Shown one piece after another: positions 14,821 through 21,932 of a DNA stretch of 32,000 nt. The notes below the pieces were generated by a model. The model saw only the letters and a program-made list of their open reading frames with translations, searched no databases and was not told the DNA's origin. The stretch comes from Candidatus Methanophagaceae archaeon (GTDB lineage: Archaea; Halobacteriota; Syntropharchaeia; Alkanophagales; Methanospirareceae). The position numbers and the translations under genes were made by a program. Each line of letters begins with the position of its first letter. Within the stretch, counting starts at the first letter, position 1. The stretch is taken from the NCBI GenBank assembly GCA_003194425.1, contig PQXB01000001.1, positions 280,444 to 312,443 on the forward strand. Reading direction: 5' to 3'.

Positions 14821-15582
14821 AACCCTCCAGAGCAGCGGCATAAGCAAAAAGAGGACGACATTTGTCATGCCGTGTGAAATGCTGACGCCGATGATCGAGC
14901 CTGTGAACTCCTTTATGTAGGCGTAGAAGCAGCCGATTAGGAAGACGAAGACCACATCGAGTGGCGACAAGTTTCCAATGTGCATTACAGCGAAAAGGGT
15001 CGTGGTAAAAAGAATTCCTGTGTGCCGAGCGGGACTGAAATATTTAGTGGCGTTGTGTTGAATAATTCCCCTAAAAAGAAGTTCCTCGATGAACCCGGTG
15101 CAGACCATAAAAATCACAACCGGAGCAAAAAGCGACCTGAAGGAGAGCTCCTCTAACAGCGGACCGGGCTCCAAAATTAAATACTCAACAACTCCAAAAG
15201 GAACGCCTGTAAAACTTATTGCAAGTTGCGAGGGGATTTGCCGCAGTTTGAGCACGAGACCAACATCCTTTTCGTTTAAGTGCTGAGAGAAGATCAAAAT
15301 TGCAGAAGCGAAAAAAAGCGGGATGCTCAGTAAAAAAAACCACTGCACAAAATGAAAAAGGTAAAGAGGGGCGTAAAGAGTAAGTATTCTGATTAGGGGA
15401 ACGAGCGCGAGAGAAGTGAGGAGGTGCGAGCTATTTTTGTCTGTGGGGTACGAAAATGCTGCGTGTCCGAGGAGGGTAAAGAGAAGGAGACCGTGGCAAA
15501 AGAGCCCCCAATCTGATTTGAGTAGAGCTGTAATTCCCTCGGCAGCGGTGATGAGAAAGAGGTAAATAAATTCTTTTTTCAC
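14818..15582 (-). CDS. CPBP-family intramembrane glutamic endopeptidase (CAAX protease / Abi family)
   Basis: Multi-TM protein with the three CPBP motifs: FIEELLFRG (EExxxR), LFAVMH (FxxxH) and SISHGMTN (HxxxN). The GTG start overlaps the upstream gene's stop (GTGA). Confidence 0.85.
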   Translation of the reverse strand: MKKEFIYLFLITAAEGITALLKSDWGLFCHGLLLFTLLGHAAFSYPTDKNSSHLLTSLALVPLIRILTLYAPLYLFHFVQWFFLLSIPLFFASAILIFSQHLNEKDVGLVLKLRQIPSQLAISFTGVPFGVVEYLILEPGPLLEELSFRSLFAPVVIFMVCTGFIEELLFRGIIQHNATKYFSPARHTGILFTTTLFAVMHIGNLSPLDVVFVFLIGCFYAYIKEFTGSIIGVSISHGMTNVVLFLLMPLLWRV

Positions 15583-16451
15583 TCAACTTCTCCTTCCTTT
15601 CTCCTTCTCCTAACAAACGGAAAAATAATATAGCCAACTGGCGCCAAGACCAGAACCGCAATTACCGCGGAGCCCAGAACTCCGTGCTCACTGACCAACA
15701 TCTCGGCGACCATTTTCTCCTTCGGCTTCACCTCAAACATCTCGGGGAAAGAGTCCGCAGCGAGTTTTTTCACCGGCTCTAAAACCGCCTGGGGCGACCC
15801 GCTTAAACTTAAAGGTGCTAACGCGGAGACCCGAACCATTGTCACCTCCTTTGGCAGCGACATTCGCTCGTCCTTCACAAAGTAGTACAACACAACCCTC
15901 CTTTCTGTTATTTCGCCGTCCTCGCCGCGTTTTACCACTACCAGCTTCTTTGCACTCAACTCGCCCCGAAACAGAAGCCCCTCCTTCTCCGACCGCCACG
16001 GTCCTTTAGCCCACGAGGCGTTGGCGACCGGAATCTTGACCTTCCCCTCTTCCTCTATTTCGTAGCCCAACGCGGGGTAGCAGACCACGGGCGGGTGGAA
16101 CGAGGACAGGTTCGAGCCTTGAACGATGACGAAAAAGACAGGGCTTGAGTAGTTGGGCGACCGGTAAGCACGAGAGAGGACAAGGTCAGCACCCAGAGTC
16201 TGTTTCACTCCTGACCAGTCGTAGCTTGTGCTGTGCCACTCGCCGATTTTCTGCGGGAAATTTTTCATCTGCTCGGGGTCAGCGAAGTCGAGTTTTGTCT
16301 TGACAAAAATCCCCGTGCCCGAAGAGCTTTGAATCTGCGTGTCAATCAGAGAGAGACCGCTGGGCGAAATCATTCCGGGCGTTGAGAGCAGCGGAGTTAA
16401 GACGCAGACCAACGCGATTATTCCGACGGTCGTCCGAAACGTTTGTCTCAT
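15579..16451 (-). CDS. EpsI-like exosortase-associated protein
   Basis: N-terminal TM, then FPQKIGEWHSTSYDW...LGADLVLSRAYRS...VFFVIVQGSN..SFHPPVVCYPALGYEI. This matches the EpsI pattern (P..iG.W........ad....r.Y....v.l.i......H.P..C....G). There is a C-terminal TM plus a basic tail. Confidence 0.7.
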   Translation of the reverse strand: MRQTFRTTVGIIALVCVLTPLLSTPGMISPSGLSLIDTQIQSSSGTGIFVKTKLDFADPEQMKNFPQKIGEWHSTSYDWSGVKQTLGADLVLSRAYRSPNYSSPVFFVIVQGSNLSSFHPPVVCYPALGYEIEEEGKVKIPVANASWAKGPWRSEKEGLLFRGELSAKKLVVVKRGEDGEITERRVVLYYFVKDERMSLPKEVTMVRVSALAPLSLSGSPQAVLEPVKKLAADSFPEMFEVKPKEKMVAEMLVSEHGVLGSAVIAVLVLAPVGYIIFPFVRRRRKEGEVE

Positions 16452-16493
16452 TCTCTCATTCTTATCTTTATTATGATATTTATTACCTCCTTC

Positions 16494-17330
16494 TTAAAGG
16501 GGTCTTAACTTTAACCTTAACTTCAACTTAAAAACCCCCGCAGCCGCGAGAATCAGCACCAACGCGACCAAAAAGAAAAGGACGCTTGAGCAGTCGTGAG
16601 CAAAGCCAACCGCAACCTCCACTCCGAACCAAGTGCCGATGAGGAGTGTTACGAAGAGCCGAAGTATGTTTGACGCCAGTGCAAACGGAACAACGAGGGC
16701 TAACAGCGAAATCCGAGCAAGCAGGCGTCCGCTTCCGAGCAAGTACGCAACGACCGCGGTGAGCGCGAAGAGCGGCATAATTCGGTTTAAGCCACTGCAC
16801 GCCGGTGCGATCCAGTAAGTGTTTCCTGCGAGTGTAACGCAGTTCCCGGAGGTTGAGGTGGGCGTTCCCAAGACCCCAAAAATCGCAGAGACCGCAGAGG
16901 CAGAGAGGTTCTGAAGCGGTACTTCTAAAGCTTCAAAAGCCTGGAACGGAATCGCGGTCGCGAGAAGGAAGACTGGAAAGAGAAGGGGCTTCGCCCTCTT
17001 TCCCAAGAAGACTAACGAAAATCCAGCCAAGACCGGCAAGAGCGAGAAGGCAAGCAGTGTCGGCAAGTGCAGGACAGTGCCGAGAAGGTAAAGAGAAAAC
17101 CCGAAGCAGAGCAAGCAGAGCGGCAGGAAAAGCCAGTCTTCCGGCTCGGCACGATAAATTTCCTTCCGCTTGAGCCAAACAAGAAACGCTCCCGCGGGCA
17201 GCAGCAGAAGACCGTGGCTGTAGTACGGGTCGTCGAGCCAAGCACGGAACAGCCAGCGCACGACTTCGTGGTAAAGACCGGCTACGAGCAGTGCTGAGCA
17301 GAGCAGAACGAGGGTTTCAGTTCTCTTCAT
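16494..17330 (-). CDS. exosortase/archaeosortase family transpeptidase
   Basis: Polytopic membrane protein with N-terminal DDPYYSHGLLLLP, the catalytic Cys motif IAPACSGLNRI, the Arg motif ASNILRLF and the His motif GFAHDCSS. The start overlaps the stop of the Zn-ribbon gene (ATGA). Confidence 0.85.
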   Translation of the reverse strand: MKRTETLVLLCSALLVAGLYHEVVRWLFRAWLDDPYYSHGLLLLPAGAFLVWLKRKEIYRAEPEDWLFLPLCLLCFGFSLYLLGTVLHLPTLLAFSLLPVLAGFSLVFLGKRAKPLLFPVFLLATAIPFQAFEALEVPLQNLSASAVSAIFGVLGTPTSTSGNCVTLAGNTYWIAPACSGLNRIMPLFALTAVVAYLLGSGRLLARISLLALVVPFALASNILRLFVTLLIGTWFGVEVAVGFAHDCSSVLFFLVALVLILAAAGVFKLKLRLKLRPL

Positions 17331-17506
17331 TTATCATTTTGCTGCCTCTCTCCTCTGCCTGCTACGGCGTCCTTCAGTGCCTCCGCCATCTCGCCGTCCT
17401 CCACTACAAGCGCCCCTCGGTAACCGCAGTCCCGGCACTCGTAAATCTCGCCAAGCCAAGGCAGGTAGTTCAAGTTATTAGAACCGCACTTTGGACAAAA
17501 TTTCAT
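17327..17506 (-). CDS. 59-aa zinc-ribbon protein
   Basis: MKFCPKCGSNNL...YECRDCGYRG has two CxxC pairs. The internal ATG at 17506 was chosen because the longer 110-aa ORF overlaps the TIM gene. Confidence 0.55.
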   Translation of the reverse strand: MKFCPKCGSNNLNYLPWLGEIYECRDCGYRGALVVEDGEMAEALKDAVAGRGERQQNDK

Positions 17507-17508
17507 CT

Positions 17509-18240
17509 CTACAACCCCCGCATCAAGTCCAGCAGCGCCGCCCGCGGGTTCTCCGCCTTCACCACCCCAGAAGCCAGCAAGACGCCGTCTGCACCCAGTT
17601 CTAACGCTGCACGCACGTCCTCGCCGTTCGTAACGCCCGCACCGCAGAGTACGAGGCACTTTTCGTGCACCCGCTTCACCGCTTTTACCGTCTCCTCCAC
17701 AATTCCGGGGTCCACCTTCGAGACCGCCCGTCCGCTGCCGATCAACTCCGGCGGCTCAACCGCAACCGCGTAGGGCTTCAATTCCGCAACCGCCCTGCTC
17801 ACCGCGGTGTTGTTCGTGCAGACGATGGTCAAGAGCCCCAGCCGCGCCGCCTTCTGCACTAAAAAATCAATCTCCGAAATCTTCAGCCGACGCTCGGAGT
17901 GGTTCACGAGCGTCCCCACAGCTCCCGCCTCTTTTACAGACTCCAGAGTTACGGAGCCGGTGTGGCTGCCCGGTTCCACCGCGTCGGCGTGCTGTGCAAA
18001 GCAGGGAATGCTCACCACCGACGCAATCAGCCCAAGCTCGGCTTGCTGCGGGCAAATAACAACGCTCACCCCTTTCTCAACCGCCACCTCCTCGCAAATC
18101 TCGGCAAGTTCAAAACCCCGCTCCCCCACCGACTCCGCGTACGCCTTCTCGTTCAAGACCACCACCGGCGTCTCTATTTCTACCCGCTTTCCTGCTCCTG
18201 AACCTATTTTCATTCTTTCCTTCTCCAACACCATTTCCAT
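17509..18240 (-). CDS. tpiA: triosephosphate isomerase, archaeal type
   Basis: VVLNEKAY, TLVNHSERR, EPPELIGSG and VLCGAGV match archaeal short TIM motifs. Confidence 0.9.
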   Translation of the reverse strand: MEMVLEKERMKIGSGAGKRVEIETPVVVLNEKAYAESVGERGFELAEICEEVAVEKGVSVVICPQQAELGLIASVVSIPCFAQHADAVEPGSHTGSVTLESVKEAGAVGTLVNHSERRLKISEIDFLVQKAARLGLLTIVCTNNTAVSRAVAELKPYAVAVEPPELIGSGRAVSKVDPGIVEETVKAVKRVHEKCLVLCGAGVTNGEDVRAALELGADGVLLASGVVKAENPRAALLDLMRGL

Positions 18241-18241
18241 T

Positions 18242-18973
18242 TTACAAAATCCCCTCTAAATCCTCTACTCCCCCTACCAAAAAAGTAGGCTCACAATTCC
18301 AATTTTCTCGGAGTTCCTCCGCCTTTCCCCCTCTAAAGATAAAAACCGAGTCAATTCCTGCCCTCTTGGCTGCTAAAATCCCGACAGGACTGTCGTCCAC
18401 CAAGACCGCACTCTCCCGCCCCCGCTCGCTGCTCAGCCCCAACTCGCTCAAGACCCGATTTATGTAGAACGGGCTCGGCTTCCGCTTTGCGAGGCTCGCC
18501 AACTCGCTCTGCCTGCCGTACCAAATCTTGAAGTAAGGCGTCAAGCCGAAATGCTCCAACGCGTAGTCCACGCACTCCTGCTGCGAGTCGCTAACTACAG
18601 CGAGCCAAGCCGCATTTTGGCTGAGATATTTTATCACCGCCTCCGACCCCTTGCAGAGCGTTATTTCGCCACGCTGAATCGCATTTATCTTCGCTTCAAT
18701 CACATCCTGCTCACGCCGCGCCCAAAACTCCTCGCAGTCCAGCCCGAACCGGTTGCAAAACCCTCTCACTTCTCTCACTCCCACCTCCCCCTCGGAATGC
18801 AGGGGAGCGAGGAAAAGGTCGTCTATTTCTTTAATTGTGAGCGTTATTCCGTAGTGCCTCAAAGTCTTCTTGAACGCCTCGTAAGCCCACTCGTAAGGGG
18901 TTTCGCCCACGCCACGCGAGTCCAGAAATGTCCCGTCCATATCAAAAATGACGACCTTGTATTTTTTTCGCAT
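18242..18973 (-). CDS. HAD-superfamily phosphatase (phosphoglycolate phosphatase-like)
   Basis: Motif I VVIFDMDGTFLDS, motif II LAVVSDS, and a motif IV-like VLVDDSPVGILAAKRAG. Confidence 0.8.
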   Translation of the reverse strand: MRKKYKVVIFDMDGTFLDSRGVGETPYEWAYEAFKKTLRHYGITLTIKEIDDLFLAPLHSEGEVGVREVRGFCNRFGLDCEEFWARREQDVIEAKINAIQRGEITLCKGSEAVIKYLSQNAAWLAVVSDSQQECVDYALEHFGLTPYFKIWYGRQSELASLAKRKPSPFYINRVLSELGLSSERGRESAVLVDDSPVGILAAKRAGIDSVFIFRGGKAEELRENWNCEPTFLVGGVEDLEGIL

Positions 18974-19019
18974 CGTTTTAATTACAAATGCAAGTTATAA
19001 ATAAAGTGGTGAGAAGAGG
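18974..19019. promoter_or_regulatory. AT-rich divergent promoter region
   Basis: The sequence ttttaattacaaatgcaagttataaataaagtgg lies between divergent starts 18973 (-) and 19020 (+) and contains TATA-like ttataaataaa. Confidence 0.4.
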
Positions 19020-19439
19020 ATGAGCGTTGTAACGAAGGAACTGCACCTTGAGACGAGGGGCGAGGTAGAAATTCTCGACCTCACCGAGAAGGTGAACCGC
19101 AAGTTGAGCGAATCTGGGATTGAAGACGGCGTCGTGACGATTTTCGTGCCCGGCTCAACCGCGGCGGTGACCACGATTGAGTACGAGCCGGGTCTGCTGC
19201 TGGACTTGCCGAACGCGTTGGAGCGGCTCTTTCCCAAGCGGATCGGCTACGAGCACGAACTCAGGTGGCACGACGGGAACGGGCATTCACACGTGCGAGC
19301 CGCGTTTCTCGGTCCCTCGCTGACGGTGCCTTTTCGGGGCGGGAAAATGTTGTTGGGGACTTGGCAGCAGGTCGTGTTCGTCGAGCTGGACAACAAGCGA
19401 AGGTCGAGAAGGGTAATTCTGCAGGTCGTGGGCGACTAA
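19020..19439 (+). CDS. YjbQ/UPF0047 family protein (secondary thiamine-phosphate synthase)
   Basis: VPGSTAAVTTIEYEPGL, GHSHVRAAFLGPSLTVP and LLGTWQQVVFVELD are characteristic of YjbQ. Confidence 0.85.
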   Translation: MSVVTKELHLETRGEVEILDLTEKVNRKLSESGIEDGVVTIFVPGSTAAVTTIEYEPGLLLDLPNALERLFPKRIGYEHELRWHDGNGHSHVRAAFLGPSLTVPFRGGKMLLGTWQQVVFVELDNKRRSRRVILQVVGD

Positions 19440-19468
19440 GTGTGCAGACTAAGTGGGTTAATTAAAGG

Positions 19469-20956
19469 ATGGACAGGCGGATTGTTTGCGGCAGCGTCGG
19501 GAGCATCTTAAAATATCTCGGTATTTTAATGCTCGTCCCGCTTGGAGTGGCGGTTTGGTACGGGGAGGAGACGCTGCCGTTTCTGATTTCACTCGCTGCA
19601 ACCACCTCGTTTGGAGTGGTTTTAGAGCGGCTCGGGGCGACGGAGGGGGTGATAAAAAGGAGAGAGGGTTTTGCGATTGTCGCGTTGGGCTGGCTCGCAG
19701 TTGCAGCCTTCGGCGCCCTGCCCTTCCTCTTTTCGTCTGAGTTGGGGGCAGGGGCAGGGGCAGGAGCAGGGGCAGGGGCAGGAGTAGGGGAAGAGTTAGG
19801 AGTGAGGGCAGTGGACGCTTTCTTTGAGTCAATGTCTGGCTTTACGACTACAGGAGCGACGGTGCTTCGGAATTTAGAGCAGGTAGACCGCAGCGTTCTT
19901 CTGTGGCGTAGTTTTACGCAGTGGATTGGCGGAATGGGTGTCATTCTGCTTTTTATTGCGATTCTTCCGACTTTTGGCGTCGCAGGCAGTCAGCTCTTTG
20001 ACCGCGAGTTCCCGGGTCCGATGGCAGAGCGGATTCGACCGCGGGTTCAAATGACCGCCCGAATGCTGTGGTCGATTTACCTGATTTTGACAGTCGCCGA
20101 GATTCTTGCTCTCCTCTTTGCAGCGAAGATGCCGTTGTACGACGCTCTCTGCACCGCGTTCTGCACGATGCCTACAGGGGGGTTCTCACCGCACCCGGAA
20201 AGCGTCGGCGGCTACCTCAACCCTGCCGCGGAGTTAATTGTCGTGGTCTTTATGTTTCTCGCGGGGATGAATTTCGTCCTGCACTACGCTTTGCTAAGGA
20301 ATCCGCGACGCGTTCTCGAGAACAAGGAATTTCAGGTCTACTGCCTGCTGCTCGCGACTGCGGTCCTCTTAATTGCCGCGGATTTGGCTCTGCACGAGTT
20401 TGAGATTCAGGAGGCATTTCGCTACGGCGGGTTTCAGGCGGTCTCTTTTATGACGACTACAGGGTTCGTGACTGCGGATTTTGAGGCTTGGGGAGGCTTG
20501 TCCAAGACCGTTCTCTTCGCTCTGATGTTTGTCGGCGGGTGCGGCGGCTCAACAGGCGGAAGCATAAAAGTCGTCCGAGTTTTTGTTCTGCTAAAAATCG
20601 TGAAGCAGCGGATTCGACACATTCTCTACCCGCACGCTATTTTTGTTTTGAAGACAGGGGACAAGCCGGTTTCGGAGGAGATTCTGCAGGGAATTAGCGC
20701 CTTTTTTATCTGCTACATTTTTATCTTCGCACTCGGCTCGGTTGCGATGGCTGCGGTGGGCTTGGACTTGGTTAGTGCAGCGTCTTCGGTAGCCGCGACG
20801 CTTGGAAATGTCGGACCGGGGTTTGGTCTCGTCTCCGTCGACTACGCTGCGGTTCCCGTGCTGGGAAAGCTCGTCCTGTCTTTTTGTATGTGGGCGGGCA
20901 GGCTGGAGCTCTTTACGGTCTTGGTTCTGCTGACGCCTGCGTTTTGGCGGGGCTGA
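19469..20956 (+). CDS. trkH: TrkH/KtrB-family potassium uptake protein
   Basis: Multi-TM protein with TrkH-type pore-loop motifs SGFTTTGATV, MPTGGFS, TTTGF and GGCGGSTGGSIKV. Contains a (GA)6GV insertion. Confidence 0.9.
   Translation: MDRRIVCGSVGSILKYLGILMLVPLGVAVWYGEETLPFLISLAATTSFGVVLERLGATEGVIKRREGFAIVALGWLAVAAFGALPFLFSSELGAGAGAGAGAGAGVGEELGVRAVDAFFESMSGFTTTGATVLRNLEQVDRSVLLWRSFTQWIGGMGVILLFIAILPTFGVAGSQLFDREFPGPMAERIRPRVQMTARMLWSIYLILTVAEILALLFAAKMPLYDALCTAFCTMPTGGFSPHPESVGGYLNPAAELIVVVFMFLAGMNFVLHYALLRNPRRVLENKEFQVYCLLLATAVLLIAADLALHEFEIQEAFRYGGFQAVSFMTTTGFVTADFEAWGGLSKTVLFALMFVGGCGGSTGGSIKVVRVFVLLKIVKQRIRHILYPHAIFVLKTGDKPVSEEILQGISAFFICYIFIFALGSVAMAAVGLDLVSAASSVAATLGNVGPGFGLVSVDYAAVPVLGKLVLSFCMWAGRLELFTVLVLLTPAFWRG
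19745..19801 (+). repeat. in-frame 6-nt repeat encoding GAGAGAGAGAGAGVGEELG
   Basis: ggggca / ggagca units, seen directly in the sequence. Confidence 0.9.
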
Positions 20957-20993
20957 GAAAAGGAGGGGAAAAGAGGCGGCTGGGAGGTTGGGA

Positions 20994-21062
20994 GGGGGTT
21001 TGGAGGTTTAGCGGTTGGGGGTTTGGAGGTTTAGCGGTTGGGGGTTTGGAGGTTTAGCGGTT
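20994..21062. repeat. intergenic 23-nt tandem repeat x3
   Basis: gggggtttggaggtttagcggtt repeated three times exactly (20994, 21017, 21040), with a degenerate partial copy upstream. It lies between convergent trkH and MTAP. Confidence 0.95.
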
Positions 21063-21071
21063 TGTTTAGAT

Positions 21072-21848
21072 TTAGAGAAGGAGAAGACACGCAAGCACCT
21101 TCTCCAAGTCCGCCCTGATTTTTGACGCTGCCTCAACGATTTTCTCGTAGTCTAACTCTTCGTCAGAATCAGAAATGCCGTGTGCGTAGTTGTCTACGGT
21201 ACTCAAGTTCGCGTACTCAAGCCCCAGTTCCCTCGCAAGCGTCGCCTCCGACGCCATATTCATTCCAACGATGTCTGCGTAATTTTTTATAAAATTTATC
21301 TCTGCCCGCGTCTCGAGCCGCGGTCCGCTCGTCTGGAAATAAACACCACTCTCAACGAGCTCAATGTTTAAATTTAAACCTCTTACCACTTTTATTAGTG
21401 CGACCCTCAAATCCTCCGACAACCCGGGCGTAATGTGAACAAGTTGGTCGTCGTAGAACGAGGGCGTGCCGCAGAGATTTATGTAGTCGTGGGGAACGAC
21501 AAACGACTGCGGTTTTATGCCGAGTTTTAAACTGCCGACTGAGGTAACGCCGATGATTTTGCGAACCCCGAGTTGCTTGAACGCTGCGATGTTAGCTCTG
21601 TAATTTATCTTGTGCGGCGGGATGTTCTTCGCTCTTCCGTGCCGCGGGAGGAAGTAGAAAGAGTCCTCAGCCTTGGCTTTAGAACTAAACAAGAGGTAAG
21701 CAGTGCCGTACTTCGTCTTAACCTCTCTCGGCTCTGCACTCGCACCCTCAACTGCACCCTCAACTGCACCCTCAACTGCACCTTCAACTGCACCCTCAAG
21801 CAGTTTCGTTCCGAACAGACTCGTCCCGCCGATGATTCCGAGCGACAT
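21072..21848 (-). CDS. mtnP: S-methyl-5'-thioadenosine phosphorylase (PNP family 2)
   Basis: N-terminal LGIIGGTSL, FLPRHGR, INYRANIAAFKQLGV and VGMNMASEATLARELG. Contains an (EGAV)4 insertion. Confidence 0.85.
   Translation of the reverse strand: MSLGIIGGTSLFGTKLLEGAVEGAVEGAVEGAVEGASAEPREVKTKYGTAYLLFSSKAKAEDSFYFLPRHGRAKNIPPHKINYRANIAAFKQLGVRKIIGVTSVGSLKLGIKPQSFVVPHDYINLCGTPSFYDDQLVHITPGLSEDLRVALIKVVRGLNLNIELVESGVYFQTSGPRLETRAEINFIKNYADIVGMNMASEATLARELGLEYANLSTVDNYAHGISDSDEELDYEKIVEAASKIRADLEKVLACLLLL
21740..21796 (-). repeat. in-frame 12-nt tandem repeat encoding (EGAV)4EGA
   Basis: The + strand reads caccctcaactg repeated. The coding (minus) strand is G-rich: gagggtgcagtt. Confidence 0.95.
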
Positions 21849-21932
21849 TTTATTTTACTAAAAGATTTGTTCGGTTATCAAATTTAAAAATCAAATCTGC
21901 AGAAATAAGGTTGCAGAAACAAGGAAGGACAA

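Noticed and set aside
16494-16530. Short repeat ttaac(t/c)tta at the 3' end of the sortase gene as a regulatory element
   Set aside because: It is inside the coding sequence and simply encodes the basic C-terminal tail KLKLRLKLRPL. This is another small in-frame slippage repeat rather than a distinct site.
17507-17659. N-terminal 51 codons of the tracked 110-aa ORF (17327..17659)
   Set aside because: This part lies entirely inside the tpiA coding region in another frame and is Arg/Gly-rich nonsense. The Zn-ribbon part starts at the internal ATG 17506, right after the tpiA stop.
20994-21062. Possible mini-CRISPR array
   Set aside because: The 23-nt units are directly adjacent with no spacers and are too short. 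There are no cas genes in the window.
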